Of a stretch of 248,000 nt of DNA, positions 238,421 through 248,000 are shown piece after piece; the stretch's first letter is position 1; the number at the start of each line of letters is the position of its first letter. The stretch lies in NCBI RefSeq assembly GCF_000737315.1, contig NZ_JMCB01000006.1:764001-1012000 (forward strand), read 5' to 3'. The translations under genes were made by a program, and so were the position numbers. A model generated the notes under the pieces. That model made no database searches. It saw only the letters and a list, made by a program, of their open reading frames with translations, and was not told the DNA's origin. Origin of the DNA: Hyalangium minutum. Its GTDB lineage: Bacteria; Myxococcota; Myxococcia; Myxococcales; Myxococcaceae.

Positions 238421-240217
238421 TCATTCCTCGGGGATGATGATCCGGATGATGATGGCTTTGGGGTCGTTGTTGGTGAGGCGCGACTGGTGTGCAGGGCCAC
238501 GGCCCGAGGTGGGTGAGTCGTACTCCACCTGATAGCGCTGGCCCTGATAATCGAATTGCAGATCCGGCCGATTGATTCCCACGCGCTGACCATTCTTGAG
238601 CGTCAGTTGCTGCTGGTTCACCCGAATGTTCTCGGCGTGTAGCACGTCCTCCAGGTACTTGATGTCCTCCTGGAGTTGAGCATTCTGCCTGGGGCTGGGG
238701 CTAATGGGACGGGTCGTCGGGCGTAGGCCTGGCACCTTCGGCTTGACGGTGACGTCCTGACGCAAGCGTGGGCCGGCTGGCACCTGCGGCGTTGGGTTCT
238801 TGCCCGTGAGCGCTTGAGCCAGTTCGGGTGAGGGCGCGAGGGTGCCCGGCGCCGGAGGGAGCGGTGCTGGCGCCGGAGCGGGTTCTGGAGCAGGCGCCAC
238901 AGCTCTCGGCGGAGCGAGTGGAGCCTCCACCCTGCCAGGGCCCACCGGCTCCACCGGCTCCGGGACACCCCACCCGGGCACCGGCCGCGTGGCGGTCATC
239001 AACTTCCCAGCGGCCACTCCCACCGCAAGCGCTGTGAAGAACTCCTGGGCCGCGCCGAGCCGGGACACCTCCTGCTCGGTGAACATCTCCTGGCCACTGC
239101 CCATCTGCCACCCGCGCTCCAGCGCGAAGTGCAGCGGGTTGACATCCCTCGCCAGCCCATACACCCCCAGCAAGGCCTGAAGGGTGGCTGGGTGAGTCAT
239201 GAAGTAGTGCTTGACGATTCTCCGCCGGTTCTCCCAGTGGGCATATCCCTCGGCGGCGGCGGCTCCCGTGCCCAGGCGCCGCTCCATGTCCTCGCGCTGC
239301 TCGGGGGTGAGGCGCTGTGGCGTCACCAACGGCCACATGCGGAGAGCCTCGGGCACCGTCTCCGCGCTCATGGCCTCGGCGTACTTGCGCTCCCACTGCG
239401 ACAGCGGGTGGCTCCAGTGAGCCATGTCCTCCCAGGGGCCCGAGTTCCACCAGGCCTGGACGGCCCCGGGCTTCTGGAGCAGGAGAATCTGCTGAATCAC
239501 GTCCCGCTCTGCGAAGGCGGTGAGCGCCACCTGCGAAGCAGCGGGCTCAAGCCCCGCCGTCCTCGCCTCCGCCGCGGAGGAGGGGCCTGGCTCACGTGGC
239601 GGCAAGGCGCCTTGTGGACTCTGGGCGGATTGCTGCGCCCACGGGCGCTGAGGCGGGGCGAGGGCAGGCGTGCGGGACGGTGCGCCGAAGCCGAAGAGAA
239701 GACCCACCCCGAGGGAGAACACTCCTTCGCCTTGCGCGAAGCGGGAGGGCGGGAACGCGTACACGCCCGAAAGGCCCACCTCCAGCCCGATGCCGCCACG
239801 GATGGCGTGCACTCCGGCTTCGCCGCCAGCGCGCAGCCGGGGAGGCCACCAGGAGCGGGGGGTAACTGCCGCTCCACCGAGGGCCTTGAAGTACAGCGGC
239901 CCCTCCCCCGTGAAGCGCGCCACCGCGTCGGTGGACAGCTCCCACGCTCCGGCGGAGGTGGCTGGGGGCAGCAAGCTCCAGCGCGCCCCGAGCCCCTGGC
240001 CTGCTTCCGACAAGCCCCACAGGCTCACGCTGTACGAGGTGCGCGGTGCCCACGCGCTACCCAGTGCAGCGCCCCGGGAAACCTCTGCCCCCACCACGGC
240101 CCGCATCTGGCTCGTCTCGTCAGAGGCCTGTGCCCCGGGCGAGGCCAAGACGGCCAGCAACAAGAGGCTGACAGCCGCATGCCACCGCGAGGGTTGGCGC
240201 GCTCCCGGGCCCCTCAT
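238421..240217 (-). CDS. secreted polymorphic toxin-like protein (paralog of 17457)
   Basis: Near-identical sequence; frame also open to an upstream ATG at 240316. Confidence 0.55.
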   Translation of the reverse strand: MRGPGARQPSRWHAAVSLLLLAVLASPGAQASDETSQMRAVVGAEVSRGAALGSAWAPRTSYSVSLWGLSEAGQGLGARWSLLPPATSAGAWELSTDAVARFTGEGPLYFKALGGAAVTPRSWWPPRLRAGGEAGVHAIRGGIGLEVGLSGVYAFPPSRFAQGEGVFSLGVGLLFGFGAPSRTPALAPPQRPWAQQSAQSPQGALPPREPGPSSAAEARTAGLEPAASQVALTAFAERDVIQQILLLQKPGAVQAWWNSGPWEDMAHWSHPLSQWERKYAEAMSAETVPEALRMWPLVTPQRLTPEQREDMERRLGTGAAAAEGYAHWENRRRIVKHYFMTHPATLQALLGVYGLARDVNPLHFALERGWQMGSGQEMFTEQEVSRLGAAQEFFTALAVGVAAGKLMTATRPVPGWGVPEPVEPVGPGRVEAPLAPPRAVAPAPEPAPAPAPLPPAPGTLAPSPELAQALTGKNPTPQVPAGPRLRQDVTVKPKVPGLRPTTRPISPSPRQNAQLQEDIKYLEDVLHAENIRVNQQQLTLKNGQRVGINRPDLQFDYQGQRYQVEYDSPTSGRGPAHQSRLTNNDPKAIIIRIIIPEE

Positions 240218-240515
240218 TCGGCAAACCCTTCGAGGGCGGTGCCTCCGGCGCTGGCGCCGAGCAACACAAGGGACAGCGCTCCGGCCTTCCAGAGAAGCCT
240301 CTGCCACGGCCAGCATGTGTCACCCCTTCATGCGAGGAGGTGATCAGGTTAGAGGGCCGCCACGGAGAAGAGGAGGATCCGCCGGGTGGCACCCGTGCTT
240401 CGGCTCCAGCTCCCTTGTCGAAGCTGTTGGGGAGGGTGACGGGGCCGGGATTCTCGATGGCGGCGAGGGCTGCGCGTAACAGGGAGTAGAAGAGCGCGGC
240501 CACCTCGGTGCCTCG

Positions 240516-241352
240516 TTGGGAGAAGCTTGCCGCCCTGGAGGAATTCCTCTCCTACGAGTCCTTCAAAGAACTTCGCCTGCAGGTGCTGCCCCATCGGCGG
240601 GATTTCTTGTCGCCGGAGGATCCCGGGGCCGCTGTCCGGATAGCGGGGCCCGGAATTTGGTCCGAACGATGGGGTCCACCTCAGCTATCAGCCGCCATGT
240701 CGTGGCGACGGCGGGCCACTGCATCTGCAAGCGCAGGCAGGGAGCGTCGCCTGGTCAAGGGAGTCAAGCCATCATTGACGCGTCAGCCTGTTTCGAGGGC
240801 GCGAAGGTGGAGACGGTCTTCTATAAACCCCCGGTCGAGGAAGGGGCCCGGAATTTGGTCCGAACGATGGGGTCGCGGGGGAAGATCTACAAGGGCAGGG
240901 CCCGACCGCACCCCGCGTTGAAGGTCATGCTCGATGAACAGGGTCGCGTCATGTCGAGCCGTGCGGATCTCGCCCTCATCTTTCTGGAGAAGCCCCTGGA
241001 GTCTCCGGGCATTCCTCTGGCTGATGAGGACACCCGGGTGGGTGACTCCGTCATCATCGCGGGATATGGCTACGACGAAGTCGCTGACGTGTTCGGCTGG
241101 GAGCGCCGCTTCTGCACCAACAAGATCACCCGGCTCTCGCTGACGGAGGATGAGCGGATCCTGATTGAGCAGCCGGGAGGGCATCAGTACAGGCAGGACA
241201 GTGGCGGACCCTGTCTTCGCCAGGGAGAGAAGGGGCCCGAGATTGTGGGGATCTCCAGCCGCTGGCTTGGAGAAGGAGCCGCCTGCACGAGCATTCATGG
241301 CCACCTTGATTGGCTGCGCGAGGAAGTCCGTCGTGCGGAAACACCTGATTGA
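240516..241352 (+). pseudogene. degraded trypsin-like serine protease
   Basis: ADLAL and QDSGGPC in frame; the TAGHC segment is out of frame; 32-bp direct repeat. Confidence 0.55.
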
Positions 241353-241534
241353 GGAAGGACGGTCGAACGATGACTCGATGGCAGGTGGCAGTCATCTGAC
241401 GCTGCCTGACTGCACAGGGGTGCTGGTTGCGCCTCGCGTTGTCGTGACGGCCGGCCACCCCCTAAAGGCTGGGCATCTTCCGGGAGCCTCTGGGTATGAT
241501 GGAGCCTCGACCCAAGAGGGGGGCTTGACGCGAG

Positions 241535-242341
241535 ATGGTGCCTCGGACGGCCTTGGTGAGGAACAATGTGCAGGTTCTGGGCAAGGGCCAGAGCCTGATC
241601 ATGTTTGCCCACGGTTTTGGGAGCACGCAGGCCGTCTGGCAGGCGCAGGTGCAAGCCTTCGCGGAGACGCACCGCATCCTCCTGTTTGATCACGTGGGCG
241701 CCGCAGGCGGCAACCTGGCGGCCTACAGCCCCTACCGCTATGCGAGCGTGGAGGGCTACGCCGCGGACATGCTCGAGGTTCTGGAGGCGGTGGACGCCCG
241801 AGACGTCATCTATGTCGGGCACTCCATGAGCGGCATGGTGGGGTTGCTGGCGGGACTGGCCCGGCCCGAGCTCTTCCGGGGCATGGTCTTCATCAGCTCC
241901 TCGCCTCGCTACCTCAACGCTCCAGGCTATGTGGGAGGCTTCGAGCGGGCGGACCTGGATGCGCTCTATGCCTCCATGGAGGCGGACTTTGGCGCCTGGG
242001 CCAGTGGCTTTGCCCGGGCCGTGGTGGGCTCGTCCGCCACGCCCGAGCTGGCGGAGTCCTTCGCACGGTCGCTCGGCTCGCTCCGCCCCGATGTGGCGCT
242101 CGGCGTGGCGCGCGTCATCTTCGAGGCGGATCTGCGAGAGAAGGTGCCCAAGCTCTCGCTGCCCACCTGGATCCTCCAGCCGCGCAGCGACCTGGCCGTG
242201 CCTCGCGAGGTGGGGAGCTATCTGGCGCACCACCTCCCTCAGGGCCAACTCGTCGTCGTGGACAGCGAGGGGCACCTGCCCCACCTCACCTCTCCTGGCC
242301 AGGTCAATGCCATCCTGGCGGAGATCCTCTCGGAACTCTGA
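241535..242341 (+). CDS. RsbQ/KAI2-like alpha/beta hydrolase
   Basis: HGFG..Q..W, GHSMS, SSPRYLN, GHLPH. Confidence 0.85.
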   Translation: MVPRTALVRNNVQVLGKGQSLIMFAHGFGSTQAVWQAQVQAFAETHRILLFDHVGAAGGNLAAYSPYRYASVEGYAADMLEVLEAVDARDVIYVGHSMSGMVGLLAGLARPELFRGMVFISSSPRYLNAPGYVGGFERADLDALYASMEADFGAWASGFARAVVGSSATPELAESFARSLGSLRPDVALGVARVIFEADLREKVPKLSLPTWILQPRSDLAVPREVGSYLAHHLPQGQLVVVDSEGHLPHLTSPGQVNAILAEILSEL

Positions 242342-242346
242342 GCGCC

Positions 242347-244845
242347 ATGGCGGAAGCGTCTCCATCGCCCGGCGAGCGCTCACTGCCAGAGTGGGTGGCT
242401 GCCGCCGTGGCGGCGCTCTCCCCCAGGGATGGGAAGCAGCTGGAGCGCGTGCTGGAGGTCGCCCGGAGCGCCTGTGGGGCGGACCTGGCGCTGGCGCTTC
242501 GCCGGGTGGATGCCGTCACGCTCTTCGAGCTGGGAGGCGCGCCCGCTCAACATCCGAGCCTGCCTCCGGTGGGAGAGTCCCTCTTCCGGGGCGTGCTGGG
242601 CGGGCAGGGCTGCTCCTTCTTCGAGCCCGAGCAGGCTGAGCCAGGGTGGCCTTACTCCCTTCGCGGGGCGGTGGCGCTCGTGCCCTGGGAGTCCGTGGAG
242701 GAGCGGCGCGGCGCCGTGCTGCTCGTGCGCCGGGGCACCCAGTCCTTCTCTCCGGACGAGCGCGGCCGGCTCGAGGCCCTGTGTGGGCTGCTGGTCACCG
242801 TCGCCCGCGAGAGTGACTTGGAGCGCCTGACGGCCGGGCTGCGCGAGCGGGTGGAGGCCATCTCTCACGCGCTCCCCTGCGGGCTCATCTTCCTGAACCC
242901 GCAGGAGGCCGAGGCATGGCTGAACGAGCCCGCGGCCGAGCTGCTCGGGCTCCCGGCGGGCAAGGCGCCCGCGCACCTCGTTGCCCAGGCCATGGCCGCG
243001 CTGCGCGAGCGCGCCGTGAACCGCCAGGAGCTGGAGGTGAAGCTGGAGCACCTGTTCCGGGGAGGTGCCTCGGAGCTTCGGGACGTGCTGTGGCGCTTCG
243101 AGAACCCTCACCGCATCTTCTCCGTGTCCTGCGTGCTGGCCAGCCGAGGGCCCACGCGCGGCCGGCTCTGGGCCTTCCTCGACGTCACCCAAGCCCAGGA
243201 CACGCTCGCGCTGCTGGAGCAGCAGAACCTCGCGCTGGAGGCCGCCCGGCGCGAGGCGGACGCTGCCAACGCCGCCAAGTCCCAGTTCCTGGCCACCATG
243301 AGCCACGAGATTCGCACGCCCATGAACGGGGTGCTCGGCATGACTCACCTCCTGCGGCGCACGCCCCTGTCCCAGGAGCAGCAGGAGTACGTGGACGTCA
243401 TCCACACCAGCGGCGAGGCGCTGCTGACGATCATCAACGACATCCTCGACTTCTCGAAGATCGAAGCGGGTGCCCTGGAGCTCGACAGCGCGGCGTTCTC
243501 GCTGCGGCAGACCCTGGACGAGTGTGTGCGTCTGCTGAGCCCCTCGGCCGAGGCGCGGGGGCTGTACTGCCGCCAGGAAGTCGAGCCCACCGTGCCGGAC
243601 ACGCTGGTGGGCGATCGGATGCGGCTGCGGCAGATCCTCCTCAACCTCGTGGGCAATGCGCTGAAGTTCACGCACCAGGGCGGAGTGACTGTCCACGTGT
243701 CGCGAGGCGAGGCGCCAGCCTCGGGCCTGCCCTCCGAGGTGCGGGTGTGCTTCGCCGTGAGCGACACGGGCATCGGCATTCCCGCCGAGCGCATGGATCG
243801 GCTCTTCCGCACCTTCAGCCAGGTGGACTCCTCCACCAGCCGCCACTATGGGGGAACGGGCCTGGGGCTCGTCATCAGCCAGCGCCTCGCGCAGATGATG
243901 GAGGGCCACATCCACGTGCGGAGCACCGAGGGCGTGGGCTCCACGTTCACGCTCGAGGTGGTGCTGCAAGAGGGCTCGGAGGCCTCGCTCCCGCCCCGCA
244001 CCGAGGTGGACGAGAGCCTGGGTGCCCGCCACCCGCTGCGCGTCCTCCTGGTGGAGGACAACCCCATCAACCAGAAGGTGAACCTGCGCGTCTTCCAGCG
244101 CCTGGGCTACGAGGCGCACGTGGTGGGCAACGGGCTGGAGGCGCTCGCGGCCATGCGGGAGGCGGCCTATGACGTGGTCTTCATGGACGTCCACATGCCG
244201 CGCCTGGACGGCCTGGAGGCGGCCCGGCGGGTGCGCGCCGATGCGGCGGAGTACGGGTCGCCGTACATCGTCGCCATGACGGCGAGCGCGGTGAAGGGAG
244301 ATCGCGAGCGCTGCCTCCAGGCGGGGATGAACGACTACGTGGCCAAGCCCGTGGAGTTCCCGATGCTCGCCGCGGCCTTGGAGCGGGCCGCCTTCGCCAG
244401 GGCCCAGGGGCTCTCTCTCTCTCTCTCTCCTGCTCCGCTGCAGGAACTCGCCTCCCCGGAGCCATCCTCCGCCAACGAGGCGCCGGTGCTCCAGAGGGAG
244501 ATCCTCCAGCGGCTGGAGCTGCTCGTCGGCAACAACCGGGAGGAGCTCGGTACATTGACGCGGGACTTCCTGAAGAACGCCCGTAAGCACCAGGAGGCCC
244601 TGCTCCAAGGCGTCCTGGACAGGGACGCGCGGGCGTTGGGGGAGCATGCCCACAGCCTCCGGTCGAGCGCGGCGCTCTTTGGGGCCTCCCAGCTGTCGCG
244701 CTTCTGCGAGGAACTCGAACAGTGCGCGGAGGCGGGCTTCTCGGATCAGCTGAAGGCGCTGGCCAAGTCTACGGCGCAAGCTTTCGAGCAGGCGCGGGCG
244801 GCGCTCGAGGAGGCCGTGCCCGAGGCCTGTCCCGCGCGGAGCTGA
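242347..244845 (+). CDS. hybrid histidine kinase with REC and Hpt
   Basis: SHEIRTPMNG, NALKF, AHSLRSS. Confidence 0.92.
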   Translation: MAEASPSPGERSLPEWVAAAVAALSPRDGKQLERVLEVARSACGADLALALRRVDAVTLFELGGAPAQHPSLPPVGESLFRGVLGGQGCSFFEPEQAEPGWPYSLRGAVALVPWESVEERRGAVLLVRRGTQSFSPDERGRLEALCGLLVTVARESDLERLTAGLRERVEAISHALPCGLIFLNPQEAEAWLNEPAAELLGLPAGKAPAHLVAQAMAALRERAVNRQELEVKLEHLFRGGASELRDVLWRFENPHRIFSVSCVLASRGPTRGRLWAFLDVTQAQDTLALLEQQNLALEAARREADAANAAKSQFLATMSHEIRTPMNGVLGMTHLLRRTPLSQEQQEYVDVIHTSGEALLTIINDILDFSKIEAGALELDSAAFSLRQTLDECVRLLSPSAEARGLYCRQEVEPTVPDTLVGDRMRLRQILLNLVGNALKFTHQGGVTVHVSRGEAPASGLPSEVRVCFAVSDTGIGIPAERMDRLFRTFSQVDSSTSRHYGGTGLGLVISQRLAQMMEGHIHVRSTEGVGSTFTLEVVLQEGSEASLPPRTEVDESLGARHPLRVLLVEDNPINQKVNLRVFQRLGYEAHVVGNGLEALAAMREAAYDVVFMDVHMPRLDGLEAARRVRADAAEYGSPYIVAMTASAVKGDRERCLQAGMNDYVAKPVEFPMLAAALERAAFARAQGLSLSLSPAPLQELASPEPSSANEAPVLQREILQRLELLVGNNREELGTLTRDFLKNARKHQEALLQGVLDRDARALGEHAHSLRSSAALFGASQLSRFCEELEQCAEAGFSDQLKALAKSTAQAFEQARAALEEAVPEACPARS
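244411..244429 (+). repeat. (CT)9 microsatellite inside a kinase gene
   Basis: CTCTCTCTCTCTCTCTCTC encoding LSLSLS. Confidence 0.9.
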
Positions 244846-244936
244846 GCCCGGGAGTGGGTGGATCTGAGAAGGTTCCTTCGATTCCCTGTAGAGTCACCGC
244901 CCGCTCGGCATGAGCCGGCGTGGGAGGTGCCGCACG

Positions 244937-245287
244937 ATGCACGGTATCGGGACAGCGCTCTGCCTCTTCATTGTCGCCGAACACGTGGCCTTCATGGTCC
245001 TGGAGATGGTCTTCTGGCAGAAGCCGCTGGGCCGGGCCCTCTTCAAAAGGTCGGTCGAGGAAGCGCGGACCTCCGCGAGCCTGGCCGCGAACCAGGGGCT
245101 CTACAATGGCTTCCTCGCCGCTGGGCTGGCGATGGCGGTCTTTCTGGGCGAGGGCCGCTTCACGGCGTTCTTCCTGGCCTGCGTCGTGGTGGCGGGAACC
245201 TTCGCGGGCATCACGGTGAGCCGCGGCATCTTCTTCGTCCAGGCAGCGCCGGCCCTCCTCGCGGGCCTCGTGCTGTTCGTCTCATAG
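244937..245287 (+). CDS. DUF1304 membrane protein
   Basis: EH..FMVLEM, AANQGLYNGFLA. Confidence 0.85.
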   Translation: MHGIGTALCLFIVAEHVAFMVLEMVFWQKPLGRALFKRSVEEARTSASLAANQGLYNGFLAAGLAMAVFLGEGRFTAFFLACVVVAGTFAGITVSRGIFFVQAAPALLAGLVLFVS

Positions 245288-245299
245288 AGCGATAGCGCC

Positions 245300-246661
245300 G
245301 TGACCCACCCCACCATCGAGCGCCACGCGCGCCATGTGAACCCCGCCTTCGTGAAGCTGCTGGGAGTGCTCGGCTATGGCCGGGTGTTTACGCGGGCGCG
245401 GGATGTGTGGCTCTGGGATGATCAGGAGCGGCAGTACCTCGACTTCCTGGCGGGGTTCGGCTCGGTGAACCTGGGCCACAACCACCCGAGGCTCATGGCG
245501 CGGCTGCAGCGCTTCCTGGCCGAGGACGCGCTCCACTTCTGCCACGTGGGCCTGACGGAGCACTCGGCGCTGCTGGGCGAGGCACTCTGCCAACGGCTCG
245601 ATGCTCCGCTGGAGGTGGTGCTGCTGGCGTCCAGCGGCGGCGAGGCGGTGGAGGCCGGCATGAAGCTGGCCCGCGCGGCCACGCGGCGCTCGGCCTTCGT
245701 GTTCTGCGAGGGAGGCTTTCACGGGACGAGCTTCGGCACGCTCTCGATGATGGGCTCCGAGCGCATGCGCAAGCCCTTCGAGCCGCTGCTCGCGGGTTGC
245801 CACCGCGTGCCCTTCGGGGACCTGGAGGCACTGGAGCGGGTGCTCCGGCGCGAGAAGGTCGCGGCGTTCGTGGTGGAGCCGCTGCTGGCCGAGGGCGGCG
245901 TCGTCTCTCCGCCTCCGGGGTATTTAAAGGAGGCACAGGCGCTGTGCCGCAAGCACGGGGCCCTGCTGGTGCTGGACGAGGTGCAGACGGGGCTGGGCCG
246001 CCTGGGCCGGCGCTTCGCGTACCAGGGCCAGGGCTTCGTGCCGGATGTGCTGGTGCTGGCCAAGGCGCTGAGCGGCGGAGCGGTGCCGGTGTCCGCGGCC
246101 ATCACCTCCACGGAGATTCACGGGCGCGCCTACGGAGGGACGGAGCGGTTCGATCTGCACAGCACCACGTTCGGTGGCAACGCGCTGGCGTGCACGGCGG
246201 CCATGGAGACGCTGGCCATCGTGGATGACGAGGGGCTCGTGGCGAACGCCGCCGCGAGAGGGACCGAGCTGCTGGAGGGCCTGCGGAAGCGGCTCGCGGG
246301 GCATCCGCTGGTGCGGGAGATCCGCGGCGAGGGATTGCTGGTGGGCGTGGAGCTGGGGCCCACCGAGAGCGGGCTGCTCAACCGCCTGGTTCCGAGCCTG
246401 GTGGGACAGGTGTCGGAGAAGGTCTTCGGACAGTGGGCGGCGCTGCGGCTGTTGGAGGAGGGCATCGTGTGCCAGCCAGCCTCGCACCGGTGGGACGTGC
246501 TGCGGCTGGAGCCGCCGCTGACGGTGAAGTCCGAGGAGATTCAGCGGGTGGTGGATGCGGTGGCGCGCATCCTGGGGGACTACACGGGGCTGGTGCCGCT
246601 GCTGCGCGATGTGGTGGCGAGGGTGGGCGAGCAGCGCAAGCGGGAAGGAGCGTTCCGATGA
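245300..246661 (+). CDS. class III PLP aminotransferase
   Basis: DEVQTGLGR, AKALSGG, TTFGGN. Confidence 0.92.
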   Translation: MTHPTIERHARHVNPAFVKLLGVLGYGRVFTRARDVWLWDDQERQYLDFLAGFGSVNLGHNHPRLMARLQRFLAEDALHFCHVGLTEHSALLGEALCQRLDAPLEVVLLASSGGEAVEAGMKLARAATRRSAFVFCEGGFHGTSFGTLSMMGSERMRKPFEPLLAGCHRVPFGDLEALERVLRREKVAAFVVEPLLAEGGVVSPPPGYLKEAQALCRKHGALLVLDEVQTGLGRLGRRFAYQGQGFVPDVLVLAKALSGGAVPVSAAITSTEIHGRAYGGTERFDLHSTTFGGNALACTAAMETLAIVDDEGLVANAAARGTELLEGLRKRLAGHPLVREIRGEGLLVGVELGPTESGLLNRLVPSLVGQVSEKVFGQWAALRLLEEGIVCQPASHRWDVLRLEPPLTVKSEEIQRVVDAVARILGDYTGLVPLLRDVVARVGEQRKREGAFR

Positions 246662-247677
246662 GCCTGGCCGAGCTTCGGCGGGACGCGCGCTTCGCGGCGG
246701 GGTTGGTGGCGCGGCGGCCCTTCCAGGTGCTGGTGCAGGTGACGAACCGCTGCAACGCCACGTGCTCCTTCTGCGACTTCTGGCCCAACGGCGCGCACCC
246801 TCGCGAGGAGCTGACGGCGGACGACTTCCGCAAGCTGTCGGCCGAGCTGGCGAAGATCGGCACATTCCTCATCTCCATCGAAGGCGGGGAGCCGTTCGTC
246901 CGGCAGGACCTGGTGGAGATCGTCCGGGCGTTTGGAGAGCACCACGTGCCGCTGCTGTACACGAACGGTTGGTTCGTGACCGAGGAGAAGGTGAAGGCGC
247001 TGTTTGCGGCGGGACTGGCGCAGGTGGGCGTGTCCATCGACTACTCGGAGGCGGCGCGGCACGACGCCAAGCGCGGACTGAAGGGCGGCACGGAGCGGGC
247101 GTGGCAGGCGGTGGACCTGTTCCGGAAGCACGCGCCGCACGGGAACCGTCAAGTGCACGTGATGACGGTGCTGATGCGCGACAACCAGAACGACTTGGAG
247201 GCGCTGCTAAAGCAGAGCGCCGCGCATGACGTGGGCCACTGCCTGACGCTGATCTCCACGCAGGGGTACCGGCGCGGGAAGGACTCGCCGGACGGTGTGC
247301 CGGACGTGTCGCTGTCACCGCAACTGCTGTCGCTGTGGAAGCAGTACCCGCACTTCCGCATGTTCCGCGACTACCTGGGGAGCGTGGACACGTTCCTCGC
247401 GGACCGAAGCCAGCTCCCGGCGTGCCAAGCGGGGACGCAGAGCTTCAACATCGATCACCTGGGGAACGTGTCCCCGTGCATCGAGAAGATCGATCGCCGG
247501 TTCGGGAACGTGCGGGACGAGCCGCTGGCGGCCATCCTCCAGCGTATGCGCGAGGGCGGGACGGCGCGGGGCTGCCAGGACTGCTGGACGCTCTGCCGGG
247601 GCTTCAACCAGAGCCTCGGGCAGGGGGGCACACTGAAGGGCTGGATGGACCTGAGCACGCGCATGCGCTCGGCGTGA
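246658..247677 (+). CDS. radical SAM/SPASM protein
   Basis: CNATCSFC; C-terminal CQAG..PC..CQDC..C. Confidence 0.9.
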   Translation: MSLAELRRDARFAAGLVARRPFQVLVQVTNRCNATCSFCDFWPNGAHPREELTADDFRKLSAELAKIGTFLISIEGGEPFVRQDLVEIVRAFGEHHVPLLYTNGWFVTEEKVKALFAAGLAQVGVSIDYSEAARHDAKRGLKGGTERAWQAVDLFRKHAPHGNRQVHVMTVLMRDNQNDLEALLKQSAAHDVGHCLTLISTQGYRRGKDSPDGVPDVSLSPQLLSLWKQYPHFRMFRDYLGSVDTFLADRSQLPACQAGTQSFNIDHLGNVSPCIEKIDRRFGNVRDEPLAAILQRMREGGTARGCQDCWTLCRGFNQSLGQGGTLKGWMDLSTRMRSA

Positions 247678-248000
247678 GGTGCCGCGCGCTCAGGCTTGGG
247701 GCCCAGGAGCTACTGGATCGACCTTACCCATTGCTTCGCTGGCTTGAACTCGGTGGAGGAAGCCGGGGAGGAGAGTTTGAGAGGGGGCCAGCGGCGCCGC
247801 TGCTGAAGCTCATCCACGAGGCTGCGGCTCGTTGCCTCACCTGCTTCCTCACGCGGGAAGGTGGAGCAGCGCGCTAGATGCAACCCAGCAGGCAGGACAG
247901 TGGCAGCGGCGCGGCGTTACGTGGGGAGGGAGCAGGGACGTGGCGAGCGCCCAGGCGTCAGCGTCGGGCGCGAGGCTGCCCCCGCAGGGGGGCTGGAGGT

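Overview
High-GC myxobacterial chromosome segment. The gene content fits Cystobacterineae/Archangiaceae, which is an inference. It spans the origin region: dnaA-rpmH-rnpA-yidD-yidC-jag-mnmE, then mnmG-rsmG, five parS sites, parA-parB-bactofilin. A DnaA-box/GATC cluster between mnmG and rsmG is a candidate oriC. The rest is typical accessory content: many two-component and sigma54 regulators, Ser/Thr kinases, a cytochrome c oxidase operon, egtBD, Moco genes, large surface adhesins, about nine polymorphic toxin/immunity loci (several with disarmed toxins), one IS66 element and several predicted conflict/defence proteins. Strongest leads: (1) an operon of a nitrilase-family protein, a wHTH protein and a ParA-like/REase/NACHT/WD40 protein with a palindrome at the wHTH start; (2) an enhancer plus sigma54 promoter driving an unannotated 38-aa peptide between an EBP and a TPR kinase; (3) an 8.4-kb adhesin ORF with three sorting signals that may be a polyprotein; (4) a Macro-NDT gene paired with a 1661-aa pore-former-like protein; (5) a duplicated three-gene membrane module with sigma54 motifs at both copies; (6) an unidentified structured ncRNA. 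No CRISPR array, rRNA or tRNA was recognised. All family assignments come from motif recognition by eye; no searches were run. Start codons were often moved from the ORF track.
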